From Strigamia acuminata (Eukaryota), in NCBI GenBank assembly GCA_949358305.1, contig OX442314.1:17670001-17734000 (forward strand): a stretch of 64,000 nt of DNA, given 5' to 3'. Below the pieces are notes generated by a model. The model saw nothing but the letters and a program-made list of their open reading frames with translations, did not search any database and had not been told where the DNA came from. Position numbers and translations under genes: made by a program. Below, in pieces: positions 25,242-39,179 of this stretch; the first letter of the stretch is position 1, and each line of letters begins with the position of its first letter.

Positions 25242-26120
25242 CTCCTTTACCTAATCTTTAAACTTACTTTACTTGATTAAGATATAGACGCACTCATTTG
25301 ATTCGAGATTTGTTTACATGCGAATAGTGTGCAGATTTCTCGGCAGATTTCCATTTCAGCCACCAGGTTTGGCATTAATTGATGTGTTAGGTATCGGTCT
25401 TCGTGCAGACGAAACGACTTTTGAAATAGCTACAGCTGTTTCGCACATTTATTCCCGCTGGTTAGTGGTTACTAGTCAAGTTTTAACGTTATATATTTTT
25501 TGAATCAGTTTTTAATTTCAGGGAAAAATTGTTTTAGTCTAATTCCTATCATGGTTATCATATCATTCTAGGTGGCCTATCAAAACGAATTTTATTATCG
25601 CAACTACATTCCGCAATTTGTTGTTGGCATATCCACATCATCCGCTGAACAATATTAGAGGGAAAAGTCTCAGATTTTGTAATTTGAGTGACGCTGCGCA
25701 AGATCTCATGACCATTTACTCTCATAACGTTTCAATTTACGGATATTGGCTAACATGAAATAAAAAAGTGAGTTTTGTTCGGATTGGTTGGACGATAATT
25801 TATGATAGGATAATATTATAAATTTAATACTGTAAAATTATTTTTATTATCCGCAATAACATGTGTTAACTGTTTATATTATGGGTCATTAAAGATTAGA
25901 TACGTGTGGATATTCAAATGAAATGTTTGAATGTTTCAGTTATCTTGGTTTGACAATAGCAGATGGGGCAACCGACAAGGGTTGGTTGGGCTGTTTGACG
26001 TACAAACAAAAATATCAGTTTCGGTTTCAAATTTTTGTTTGTACGTTGAAATGTTAAACTGAAAGTGTATCCTTTATCTGCTTTTATAAGGACTTATAAA
26101 CGATTTTTATTTCAGGAGTT

Positions 26121-29100
26121 ATGCCGTTATCATATCGCAGATTCGCAGCTAGTGTGTCGGCTTGCAGTATTCTGAATGAGGGCACGGATGATGAATTGGT
26201 ATTTTTCTATAGTAAATTTGTGATTAAAAAAAATAATTTAATTTGTATATTTTTATTTAGGTATGTCAAGGGTACTGCAAGAACACGGCAAAGACACTTT
26301 TGTATTATTTTTGCGTTGCGTTGACTTTGGGGTTAATTCTATTCGTTTTTAAATGGAAGCCGGAATGGGGAGTACGATTTTACAGCACGAAATGTTCCTT
26401 ATATAAGGCCGATGTTGTGGTTCTGAAGAACAACTCTGGTGAAAAAGATGTCATTCGTATCAAAGTTGAGCGGGTTCCTCGATCATTTCCACAAGAATTC
26501 GCCTATTCTCCACTAACTCCGTCAATCAATCAGGAATATGAAGTTTCAGATCATTCGGATTTGACCGAAAATGAGGTTAATATATATTTAATGTATATTT
26601 AAATACACAGAAAAGAATTAATTGCTTTTATTATTTTTAGGGTAACTATTTCAAATATTTTATTCATCGTCATCTGAAATATTACTGGGACTACAAAATT
26701 GGTCGTTTTAAGAAACTTAGAGGATTAGATTATGACACACTATGTGCAGATTTTTTAGATAAATTTCCAGGTTTAAGTCGAGACCAACAAGCCATGAAGT
26801 ATTGGAAAATTCAAATTTGTTCGAATGATAAATTAAATTAAATTTTTTTCTTTTTTAACTTTCAGATTATTAGTGTATGATGAAAATAGCATTTCTATCG
26901 AAGTCAAGTCTTACGGTAGACTGTTTATTGAGGAAGTAGTGAATCCTTTTTATGTATTCCAAATATTCAGCATTGTTCTTTGGTTCGCGGACAACTACGT
27001 TTACTTTTCTGCGTGCATTCTTATCATTACATCGTTGTCAATGATGATTTCACTTTATGAGATTAGAAAAGTGTGTTCATAGATATTGGTTTATTTTTAT
27101 TTTGATAGTAGTTTGTAAAACACGTGTTAATTTTATTTAATTTTTATATTATTAGCAAAGTCAGACATTGCACGACATGGTGCGCAGTGCAGACGATATG
27201 TTAGTTTCTGTCGTCAGAAGAAATAAAACAATTGAACAAATATCGTGTAGAGATCTTGTTCCTGGAGACGTAATTTCAATTCCATCCGAAGGATGTATAA
27301 TGTCGTGTGATGCAATTCTCGTGTGTGGGAATTGCATCGCCAATGAAAGCATGTTGACAGGTATCATAATTACATATTTCACGTCTTAATAAACACATTT
27401 TAAAACCTAAATTTATAGGTGAAAGTGTACCAATAATGAAAACGCAACTACCTCAACAAGATGAACCCGAATTATATAGTCCTGATAAACACAAGCGCTA
27501 TACGTTATTTTCCGGAACCGAGATTCTACAAACTCGTTATTACGGTGAAAATAACGTTACTGCAATTGTAGTGCGCACAGGTTAAAAACGATGCTTGCAA
27601 ATCTACGAAATATTACAATATTTTAACATTTTTTTTAAATTTCAGGATTCTCAACGGCCAAAGGGGAATTGGTTCGCTCAATTTTATTTCCGCGACCGTT
27701 AGGATTTAAATTTTATCGTGATTCAATGCGTTTTATTGGAATTTTATTTGTCATAGCCTTAGCCGGAATTGGTTATTCCTTACATATTTATCTGCAACAA
27801 GATGTAAGTTAAAATTTAAAAAAAAACATTCGTTAATATATTTATGGTAATTATTATAATAGCATCCAGTAGAAAAAATAATTTTTCGAATGCTGGATAT
27901 TGTAACTATAGTAGTTCCTCCAACTTTACCAGCTGCAATGACAGTTGGTTCTATTTATGCTCAATCTCGTTTAAAAAGACAGAAAATATTCTGCACTAGT
28001 CCACCACGAATTAATGTTTGTGGGAAAATTAAATTATTTTGCTTCGATAAGGTATTCAATGTGTTTTCTTATTCATTCTTGTAACTATCAATTGATATCG
28101 GTATTGTTGAAACAGACTGGGACTTTAACGGAAGACGGGTTAGATTTATCGGGCGTCGTACCAATTGAACAAGAAACGTATGCATTTTTCTACCAAACTC
28201 GATGCCATCATGTAATTTGACTAAAATGCTTTCAGATTCCATGAGATTGTCCATAATCCGCGAGATTTTTCCGACAAGTCGCCGATAATTGCTGCCATGG
28301 CAACTTGTCACACCCTCACTTGTATAAACGGAGAACTTCGAGGTGACCCGATGGATTTTAAAATGTTCCAGGCAACTGGTTGGGTAGTTAAAATTACACT
28401 TTATCCTAAGATAATACGATAAATTTCATGTAATTTTCTTTTGTTAGATGCTCGAAGAACCAGGATCGGATAAAACTAAGTTCGATAAGTTACAACCCAT
28501 GGTTGTTCGTCCGAATTATTTGAGTTTGGTTACTAGTCAGGATTACATGCAAGGTCGGATGACCGCACCTTACGAAATTGGAATTATTCGGCAATTCACT
28601 TTTTCGTCCAATCTACAGCGGATGAGTGTTATTGCTCGAGTTCTAGATCAAACTCACATGAACTTGTACGTGAAAGGAGCGCCGGAAAAAATAATCACTC
28701 TGTGCCTTCCTGAGTCGGTTCCCAAGGATTTTGCGGAGAAGTTACAGAGTTACACAGTCAAAGGTTACCGCGTCATTGCCTTAGCTTGGAAACCGCTCGA
28801 TTCAAAGCTCAACTGGCATCATGCACAAAAAATCAAAAGGTTTTAAATCGAAATAATTAAATCGATATACAATACCGTAACATTAACTTACTCGTTTAGG
28901 AAAGAGGTAGAAAAAGATCTGATACTGCTCGCACTTTTGGTCATGCAAAATACATTGAAACCAGAAACAACAGCGGTGATAGAGAAATTAAATGCAGCAA
29001 AAATAAGGACAATCATGGCCACTGGTAAATTGACCACGGTTGAAATTTTCTTTCTAATTTTTAACCTTATTTTAGGCGATAACATGCAAACAGCAATAAG

Positions 29101-30830
29101 TGTTGCCCGTGAATGCGGAATGGTGGCCAGCACGGCTAAAATTATTATAATTGAAGCACATCGTCCTGAAGGTGGCGAGCGAGCATTCATGACAATGGAA
29201 TATGCAAGCAGAGGCGACGACAACAGGAATGGATTTATATCGGCAAATAATGTAATTTATTGAAAGTTGAAACAATTATTTATGCAAATTTATAATTATT
29301 GTCATAAAACTCAAAGACGCAAGTGTCAATTGATATGGAAAATGGAATACGAGGCCAATTCAGCTTTAGTATGAGCGGCAAAACATTTTCAGTGATCCGT
29401 AAATACTTTCCGGATTACTTTCACAAAATCATAGTTAAAGGAACAATTTTTGCACGGATGTCGCCGGAACAAAAAGCACAGTTAGTCAAGGAATTGCAAG
29501 AAATTGGTTATTTGGTTGGCATGTGTGGTGATGGAGCGAATGATTGTGGGGTAAATCATCTAATTGATCGTTAGCAACATTTATTAGTTTCTCTTTTTAA
29601 TTCAGGCACTAAAGGCGGCTGACGTGGGAATTTCTTTATCGGAAGCCGAGGCATCGGTGGCTGCCCCATTCACATCTACGTGTCCGAATATCGAGTGCGT
29701 TCCTATTGCGCTCAAAGAGGGCAGATGTGCTCTGGTTACTTCATTCGGCGTTTTTAAATACATGGCACTGTACAGCATGGTGCAGTTTATTTCAGTTCTC
29801 ATATTATATACGGTAAACATTTTGAAGAGTTTTGCGAAACATTAAATAAAATTAAATGAAAATAATTTGATATTTTAGTGTGAAACCAACCTCGGTGATC
29901 AACAATTTTTATATATCGATTTGTGCCTCGCAACAGTTATGGCGTTAGTCAGTGAGTTATTGCACGAGTGGAATAAATTAAATATTTAAATATTTTATTT
30001 GTAATATTTTAGTGAGTTATACCAAAGCATTTGAACAAATTGTGCCCGAACGGCCTCCAGGAAGTCTAGTCAGTTTGGCTGTTATTTTTTCTATCGTGTG
30101 TCAGATACTTCTAGCTGCAACGATACAAATTAGTGCAGTTATGTATCTTCATCGTCAACACTGGTAAGTTACGTTATATAGTATTTAATTTATCATTTGG
30201 TTAACTCTTGAGATAATGTCAAGGTATGTTCCCGCATCTCCAAACTATTCCGGTGATTTCACGACCAATTGGGATGCGACTGTCGTATTTTCCGTTTCGA
30301 CCTTCCAATACGTTATATTAGCGGCTGTATTTGCTACGGGTCCTCCATTTAGAAAACCATTATACAGCAATGGTATGGTAAATAAATAACTATTTGATTG
30401 CTTCTAACGCTGTTGCATTTTACAGTTTGGATGATAGGCGCACTCGTTATTTTCACTACTGCAAACGTAACTTTCTTAGTTCATCCATTCCATTGGCTCG
30501 CAAGTTTCTTCCAATTAAACACTGATCAAAAAGAGGCCCAGTTTTTATTCAGGTTATGGCTGCTCACTCTTCCTGCAGCAAACTTGGTATTAGCAATAAT
30601 TATTGAGGTAAAACGAAAATAGCTACAAATTATTTTATGAATTTATTGTGACGTAATACTAAATTACTCTTCAGAACGTAGCCAAAAGTGATGTTTTGAC
30701 TGTCATTTCTCGGGTAATAAGACACAAAACTACACCAAAAAATAAGTATCGGCAACTAGAAAATGAAATAGAGGCAGATAGTAGTTGGCTGTCCGTCGAA
30801 CAAAGAATTCATAGCAGTTTACAAGTTTGA
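26121..30830 (+). CDS. P5B-type ATPase (ATP13A2/A3-like putative polyamine transporter), ~21 exons
   Basis: [53 protein letters not shown] phosphorylation motif (split by an intron); [58 protein letters not shown]. Confidence 0.96.
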
Positions 30831-30962
30831 ATTTGAATTTATTGATCTGTATTTACGTTACGGCATAATAATAAACTTATTTTTGGCAAATTTATACATG
30901 TACTTGATATAAAATGTTTAATTTTTAAGGAATTTTGCGAATTGATTATTTTAATTACACAT

Positions 30963-33900
30963 TCATGATTCAAATGGGTTTAAACTATCGTCGTAAGGAT
31001 CTTCAAAGGGGTTTGGAGCAGTTTCGAATGGGTTTGCTGCAGCTGCCTCAAACGGATTTTTGGTTTTGGGATAGGTACGAGTTTGAGTTTGATTTTGATT
31101 TTGCCTTTGATTTGCTCGGCTTGGTTGCGGCGTGGGTCCTACTATTTTAGCGTTTCTTGGCAAATCTAGTCGTTGTACTGGTGGCAATTTTATCGAAGGT
31201 GCTGGTTCTACAATTGGTACCCGAGAAATCGATGGCGGCCTTTTGTGAACTAAAGCCTCCGTGACTAGAGTTACCCGATTGAAAATTCCACGCCCGAAGT
31301 ATTCGGATACTACCGAAAAACCATCTTCAGCAACTTCGAGCTGATAAACAAAAAGCAAATACGAATACAAATTACATTAAATGGTATTCAAATTGTCATA
31401 CTTGGTGATGAAATATCTCGTGCAGCTCTCGATTCTCTTCTTGCGCTTTAATAATTTCCAAAACTTTGCGATTTTCAGGCATGCAAGCCGGACACTCGTT
31501 TTCATTTTCAGCATAACTTTCGAAGCAGCTACAAAAATGAATGACATAAATGAGTATCGCCTTTTTGATTTCAGTATTAAAAATCCTAACTGCATGTGGT
31601 AAGAATGATGGCAAAGAAAATGAACCGAAGGTAATTCCAATTGTTGGTTGCAGGCACTGCATTTGGCTACTTTAAATTCCCGGGGACTTGTGAGAAAAGA
31701 AAGTTACAAATAATGGTAAACGAAAATGCAGATTAACTCACTTGTGTTTAATATCTTCTATTTCCTTTCTCATTTTCCCTGTATCTTCACGATACTGTTC
31801 AATCATCGCTTCATCCTCAGCAATCTGCTGATTCTCTTTTTGTAATTGCTTAATTATGTATTCCTACAACAACCAATATAAGTTTAAAAAATAATAGAAA
31901 TTGACCATTGGAGACCTTGATCACTGCTAAAGTTGTTAACGAGCTGCTGGCTAAGGTATTTACAACCATTAGTGGTGAAAGCAGCTTTTCTTTCTCAATG
32001 TGTTGTAAGATTTCAATTAAATAATTCTTTTGTCGGTCATCGGTTTTAGAAAAGTACCAGAGCGCTTGAATCCACAACTTAGAATCTTGAGAACTGTAAT
32101 AATAACGTTGAATATTAACCGAGAGAAGTTCATTCGTATTAACTCGTTACCCAAATTGTTTGCAGGTATTTATTACATTACTAAAGTCATCACGGTCCAT
32201 GTAATACCGTAATATTTGCTGGAATAATTTCGCTTTTTCGTATAAATACAATATCCCTGGTTTGAAATTGTTCATTTGACATAAAACCAAAACCTGATCC
32301 AAATCATAGCCAGCATCGGGTGATTGAAGTAAACTCACGATTTTGACCTCATGCTCTGCCATTTCCTGTAACAAATAATACTGTTGAAAACTAATTAACT
32401 TTTAGGATGGAAAAATTATTGAACTCACGTTTTCGTCTGTTTGTTGATTGTATTCTTGCAGATACAACTCTATTAGCGTATTGTAAACCAAACTGGAGTG
32501 TTGACCGGGGTATAAGGGAATCTATTTAGGAAAGAGATGGTGACAGATTAATTAAATGGTAAATGATTTATTAACGCACTTTAATTGTGTGTTCCAAGAA
32601 AGAAACGAGGTGTTTCGAATTGTTAACAAAAATATGGATGAAATCTTTCGCCTCAGCTCGTTCAATTTTCATCGGTTTTGAACCTAAACCAATTTATTTT
32701 TGATGACTTTATGGACATTTAATTGGTTAATAACTTACCATCCAGCATACTAACATCAACCAATGGTTCTAAAATAAAAAATTAATCAATTTGTAAATAT
32801 TAAGCAACAGGTGGACCGAATCTCTCATCTTACTGTTTGAGGGTCTGAAATCGGTACAGAGTTGCTTAAGAAACTCGGTCGTTTCATCGGGAATTATTGT
32901 CATCAACATCTTCCCATATTTTTTCATGTTACTGTCAGCCTAAATAAAATTACGCCAACTTTAATAACTTTAAAAAAAAATCACACTACGAATTGTGCAT
33001 TTACTGTACCTCTGTAAATTCTAATTTGGAAATGTAGCTCAACGCGGTTTGATAATCTAGCAAATCTTCAATTTGTATTTTCAAATACCAATCGTGTTGT
33101 CCCTCTTTCTCAGACAAAAGTAAAGCGTGTCTGTAATAACAAGCTTGGCGACAAACCCGAATGGCAATCTCAACGTTAAAATCTACACTTCCATCTTTCG
33201 TCTAAAAACATGAAAATATATTTCCAAAAATAAATATTAAAAAAAAAAATTGAATTAATAAATTAACCTTGATAAATTCATTTAGTTTATCCGTGTCTTT
33301 GAGTTTCGTGTAACAATTGAGCAATAAAGTTGTGTGATCTTCCGTTGCCAGCCCTTGTTTATGCAGAGCTTGTAGATACGCGGTCAAATTGTGTATTCGT
33401 TGTGCATCAAGAAACTAGAATAAATAAAAATATAAAAATAACAAATTAAATGATTTTTTTTAAACTTTACAAATACCTTTCGAATCACGTAAGAAGCTTC
33501 GAGTTTTCCTATAGTTTTAATATATTGTTCTATAGCTCCATCATGATCACCTTTGCTGTATAAATGGTCCCCATATTGTCTAAAAATGTCAACAACTCCA
33601 TCTTCATCATATTGTTGACTTTTAGCTAATCTAATAAAACATTTAAATTTTAGAAATCTTCATCTATATTTTTAAAATGACGACTTAATTTCGTACTCGA
33701 TAGCAAGAGCATACAAGCTCTTCTTGAACAGCATGTCCAATTTACTTTGCGTATCTTTTTCTTGCAGATGATAAAGCTAATTTCATCAAATTATTTAATA
33801 TAAAATTGATCAATCTAGTATTTTGTGTGCGTAGTACCTTTTTGTCGCCACCCAGGACATAAAGTGATCCCCATTCTGAGACAACGTCAATAACTTCAGG

Positions 33901-35328
33901 AAGTGGTGCGGAATAAGCTATGAATTTGTTCTGAATGTCGTAAACTGTTACAATATTCATCGCTAACGACTGGCCACTACTAATTTTTAAAAAAGTAGCA
34001 CATTTAGTGAAATTTAAATCAATGTGTATTACATTCTTACGAGCCACTTGGAGCTCCACTGTCTTTTCCGACTGCGACTAAATAACCCCTAAACCAGTGC
34101 AGTATTATTTTTTTGCCATCAAAAGCAAAACACGGGCCTCGTCCATCAGGTTGATAAAAATATACAGCCTAACACAATCAATAATTAGAATGGCAAATTG
34201 ATAACAAGTGTTAACCAACTCACATCTGTTCTAGCTACGACAAATTGGTATTCTAAAGTTGCATCACTCATGGTTGAGCACCGAGGTAAGCAGCCTTTAT
34301 TTTCTAATAAAAACTTTAAAAAATATATATATTTATAAGATAAATGCCTAGTACCAACTAAAACTATTTCATCATACTTTAAAATCTTTGTCCTTAGTAT
34401 GAATATCATAGCAATAAATCTCCTCTGTAGTGGCTACAAATAAATGAATTATTTTGTTCGTGTTTCGGAAAGATAAATTTGTTACGGAATTAGGTCCTTC
34501 GTGAATAATTTTGTGTTTACTTCCTCTGAAATTTAATTTATATTAATAATATTCATCTTGAATGACCGTATATTTAGTAGTTGGTTGAACCTGTCTCGTG
34601 ATATGTCTCCACGGAAAAGTAAAACCGATCCATTATCATATCCGAGTGCCATAAAATTCATATTTTCATGCACAGCCAAAGCTGTAGCCTGTAATAACAT
34701 TAAATGTATATTATAGTACAATGTAATTTCATATATTAAATCATGATTACGAACAGGTGTTTCTTTGTTCCCGGGAAGAGCTGTGACGGATCTCGTGCAG
34801 AGTGGAAGTCCATTTTTGTCACATTTGTCAAAATTCCAAATTTTGATAACGGGATTATTTCCAGGCACATCTTCCTAAACACATTAAAAAACACGATATG
34901 TTATTAAATTTAAAAAGTATATTTTAATTTCTAACTTAAAAACTTACACCAGTAGACACTAATATGTTATTCTGCCTTAATTGCTGCAGGTTATTCACTG
35001 TCAGTTCGTACGCTTTGAAACTGACCAAATCAAGTTGCCGAGTGATGTAATATACAACTCCTTCAACGTCTCCTAATATAATTAAACCTCTTCCACTTGT
35101 GCAAGCAGTGATCGAAATGTCCTGCAAATAAACAAAAATTACCAAAGTATTCGGTATTGACATTACGCGCACCATACTTTTAGCTTATCGAATATTTGTC
35201 CGTTTCCATCTTTCACTACTTCTTTATCAAAAAACTTAAATCGTCTCCACTGTAAAATCAAATTAATTTGCATGAGATTTATTTCCATTAGTAATTTATA
35301 ACCAATTTACTACCTGCAGAAACGCCAT
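30963..35328 (-). CDS. VPS11: Vacuolar protein sorting 11 (HOPS/CORVET core subunit), ~20 exons
   Basis: N-terminus MAFLQWRRFKFFD; beta-propeller region; RQYGDHLYSKGDHDGAIEQYIKTIGKLEASYVIRKFLDAQRIHNLTAYLQALH..HTTLLLNCYTKLKD; RING-H2 KCSACNQQLELPSVHFLCHHSYHMHCFESY..ECPAC; VVSEYFGRG. Confidence 0.96.
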
Positions 35329-35895
35329 TTATAAACCGGAGAGACGATAAGCAGAGTTATCCACCTACAATATGTTATTGCAGCTGTTGCCATCTACTGA
35401 CCAAAATTACCAACTGCCGAGTAGTCGAACTACGGTAATCTCAAAAAGAACATCCATCGTCTCCTCCAATCCAAACGTGGAATGTTGGAAAACCGTAAAT
35501 ATGTATTGTTTATTTATATTTTAACCATGAAGCAATCTTCAGATAGATCGTGTGAATTTTTACTTAAATAATTAATACCTTGGGGATAGCAATTTAGCAC
35601 TTATTATTGAAATTTTTTTAAAAAGTGGAATGACTTAGGAAGTCAAGTATTCGGTAGTTTAAAAAAAATAATCTTTTGTGATAAGTGATAACCATCTGTT
35701 CAGCTCTGGTGGGATTGTAAACAATCTAAAGGTGATTTTATATCAATTAAGTGGTAATACAAGCTTTTTGCAAAGTAAACATAACGGTACTTGTGATTCA
35801 GATCGTATACTAATATAGGACAAAAACTCATTACATCGCATTACAGCATTCTATAAACCTGGACCGATTGTATCAATTCGTATCTGGTTCCTAAC

Positions 35896-38800
35896 ATGAT
35901 TCATATTGTCATCATATTCAGTTGTTTCCACTTTGTTGCGTTAGAAGAACATCTAGAGTCATGCTCGTCTTCGCCAACCGTCTGCAATAACATTGGCGAA
36001 CACGATGCTGAGTTGCGCGATTTCCTGGATTTGGCTATAATTGGTACTGAAACGAAACAGCAGCCGTACGCAGCATTTAATAAATTGACAGGTAATATTG
36101 AATTGATCTTTTCTCCGTGTGAACCGTGGAACACTTGCGTAGGACGATGTAACCAGAAAACTAATTTGCGCATCAATTATCCTCCGTACACTTGCTATTG
36201 CGATACTGTATGCGCATTATACGATGATTGTTGCTCTGATTACCACCACCATTGCTTAAAACAAAGTTCCAATAAAACGTCAATTGCTGTCAACAATCCC
36301 AGTCACCTGCAGTTCTCTTGCATCGACTTGAATGGGAAATATGGCATTTTAATGGTCGACGGATGCGATTCTAGATGGAAAGACGACGCGGAATCTCGGT
36401 ATAAATGTGAAACGGGACCAATCGATCCAGTAACTGATCAAGATGACATTGTGTATAAAAATGCATATTGCGCCGTCTGCAATGGAATCAATTACGACGA
36501 AACTGTTCAAGTGGATCTTAGCAATTGCGAAGATGAGTTAGCCTGCCAATATGCTTATGTTCCGCCAAAAGCGAGGAAATTTCAACCCCGTATTTGCGTT
36601 TACGATGTTGGAAATTGTTCCGTTGATTTTGCATCTCCAACATTCGAAAACGTAATAGCAAAATGTAAATCTTACACGGGTATGGTAGTGGCACAAAAAT
36701 TAGGAAATCAGTTAAAATATAAGAATCCACATTGTGCTATTTGCAACAATGCTTCTAAGATAATGTGTCCGCAATGGCGATGGATGATCAATGACTTAGA
36801 ACGCGTCGGAACTCAAGATACATTTTCAGAACCGCGCCCATGGGCTTTAAAACTGTACGGAAAACACAATAAAACACCACCTATTGATGATTTCCAGGTA
36901 AAATTCCATCAAAACAACGATAACAAATGCGAATCGAGTGGACTATTTTATTTTTCATGTGTTTTTTTTTCAATAAAAATTTCAGGTAAAAATGGTAAAA
37001 ACGTCACTGTTGAAGACGGAAATTCCACCATCAGTTTCGGTTTTGTTCAATTTCGGTTTAAACGGAAAAAAGAATTTATACTTTAGCTGCAACAAGGGAG
37101 GGCAAGGAAGAAATAATAATTGCCCTAGCGACAATATTTGGGACCCATTTCTTGACGTATGCCGCAGTTTATCGTGCACTGCTCACTTCAGTTTGATCGA
37201 TTATCAGTAAGTAGTTTTTGTTTCTACTTTTCAAAATTTTGCTCAATATTAATCTTTACAGATGTGTGGGAACTGAAAACAACTCAACTGAAAGAGACGC
37301 GCTGAGTGACTTGATAGTTGGCATAAACTTGAGCAAGGTAATTGTTTGCCTGGCTTTTCAAATTAAGAGTGTCACCAGCACCGACCGTGAAAACAAGATT
37401 GTAATCGAAGGTATAATGAGAAATTTGCCAAAAACTTTGGCTTCTACTTTGGGCATCAATACCAGTCGAATTGCCAACTTGGAACTTCTCAACAATACAT
37501 CAATATCGGCACAAAGAGTTTCCAAACGAAGTGTACATAGCGATTATGTAAATCCGTGTGAACCTTTGCTGTCAGCTTTCGATTTTAAGTACAGAAAGAA
37601 TGTTGCTATTAGGTTCGAGTTAAGCGAACCTGAACCACAATTTGAAGGTTTTGAACCGTCCATAGATAGAATTATATCTTTGCTAATAACAAATGTCAAT
37701 CTTAACACTATGTCTCTTCTTCTGGATGGGTTTACATTACGCTTGTTGGGCATACACGAGAAAACTGTTGTCGATGGCGACGAGTTTAAAAACTGGTGTT
37801 TGGATGGCGACAAACGCAAGTACATGAATCATGAATTTACAATTTTAAACAGTAGTATTATCAAGGACGATTGGAAAATGAATATTTACATAAATGCAAC
37901 GGGGAAAATGTACAAGAAAGGAGAATATTTAGCAAATTTCATAAGTATTGGGAAAACTGGAGAAAATGATTTGACTTCTGTTAATGGAATTGTGGTGGTG
38001 TGTGAAAACAGATCCAAATTAATGTCAAATTTCTGCCCAAGACTTACACTTAGAAAATCCGAATACGAATTTATTCCTAATGGTGGTGTCAATTACACGG
38101 GGGAATTGCCAATTGGTAAAACTATTCTGGGCTTTGGCGAATATGAACTCACGCCTGATGGCAATCTATCGATTTGTTACAATACCACTTACATGTTTGG
38201 ACTCGTAGTGGCATTCGATACGGTGCAGGCTTATCTAGGACTAGTTCTTATGTCAATATCTTTATTTGCAATGACCATTACGCTTTACACTTACTGTTTA
38301 TTTTCACAACTTCGAAATTTGCCGGGAATGAATTTGATGAATTTAGTGTTCATTCTATTTCTATCTCAGCTAACTTTCCTTGTTGGAATGAGATCGAGTG
38401 TTAGAGGATTGATTTGCAAAATTTTTGCAATTGTAATTCATTACGAAATGCTCTCCTCCTTTTTTTGGACCAATGTCATGGCTTATGACTTGTACAAAAC
38501 ATTCGGCAACAAAAATATATTACCATTTATAAGAAAAAAGAAGTTTTACTTAAAATTTTACATGGCTTATGCTTATTTAGTCCCGGCAGTTGTGGTTAGC
38601 ATTCCCATTGCAATTGATGCTTGTAAGTGTACTGGCAGCTTTTCAGTTGGTTACGGTGATTCCTTCTGTTGGATTAATTCATCTGAGGCTAAAATCTTAT
38701 TCTTTGCTTTGCCCATTGCTATTCTTCTGGTGATTAATTTTATGTTTTATATCACGACGATTTATTCCATAAGAAAGGTGACCAAAACTGTGAAAGCTGC

Positions 38801-39179
38801 AACTAACAAAAGAGGTGAAAGTGATGTGTATCTTTATATTCGGATGTCTAGTGTTATGGGATTCACGTGTATATTTGTGTTTGCAGCACAGTTGACGTCT
38901 AAATGTTGCGTAATGATGACCAATATTTTGACTTACCTTTTTGTTATCACTTATTCGGTGCAGGGTTTGTTTATTTTTTGGGCATTTGTGTGTAATAAGA
39001 GAGTTTTTAATTTATATAAACCATATGGGAAAAGAGTGATGATTAGAGTGATGGACAACTTGAAAAAAACAAGGTTTTTTTTATCTGGTAAAGAAAAGAA
39101 AATATCAAATAGCGTAAGTTCTTTTTCTAGTCGATCGAGTTCACTGCAAACGTCGGAAAGTCAATGTTCTGATGATTAA
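35896..39179 (+). CDS. Orphan family-B-like (adhesion/methuselah-like) GPCR with somatomedin-B-like and Cys-rich ectodomain; 3 exons (35896-36897, 36986-37206, 37262-39179; ~1046 aa)
   Basis: Signal peptide; SMB-like TCVGRC..CYCDTVCALYDDCCSDY; two YKNxxCAxCN repeats; 7TM region with LRNLPGMNLMNL, CKIFAIVIHY..FFWTNVMAYD, YG.SFCWIN, SVQGLFIF. Exon phases are consistent. Confidence 0.88.

Noticed and set aside
26067..26115. GTATCCTTT, an exact U12-type 5' splice consensus, upstream of the ATP13A start
   Set aside because: There is no CCTTAAC-like branch site before the next AG, and the implied intron is only 49 nt. One such 9-mer is plausible by chance in 64 kb.
28291..28304. Near-perfect RFX X-box GCTGCCATGGCAAC
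   Set aside because: It lies in a coding exon and is explained by the conserved AAMATCH peptide.
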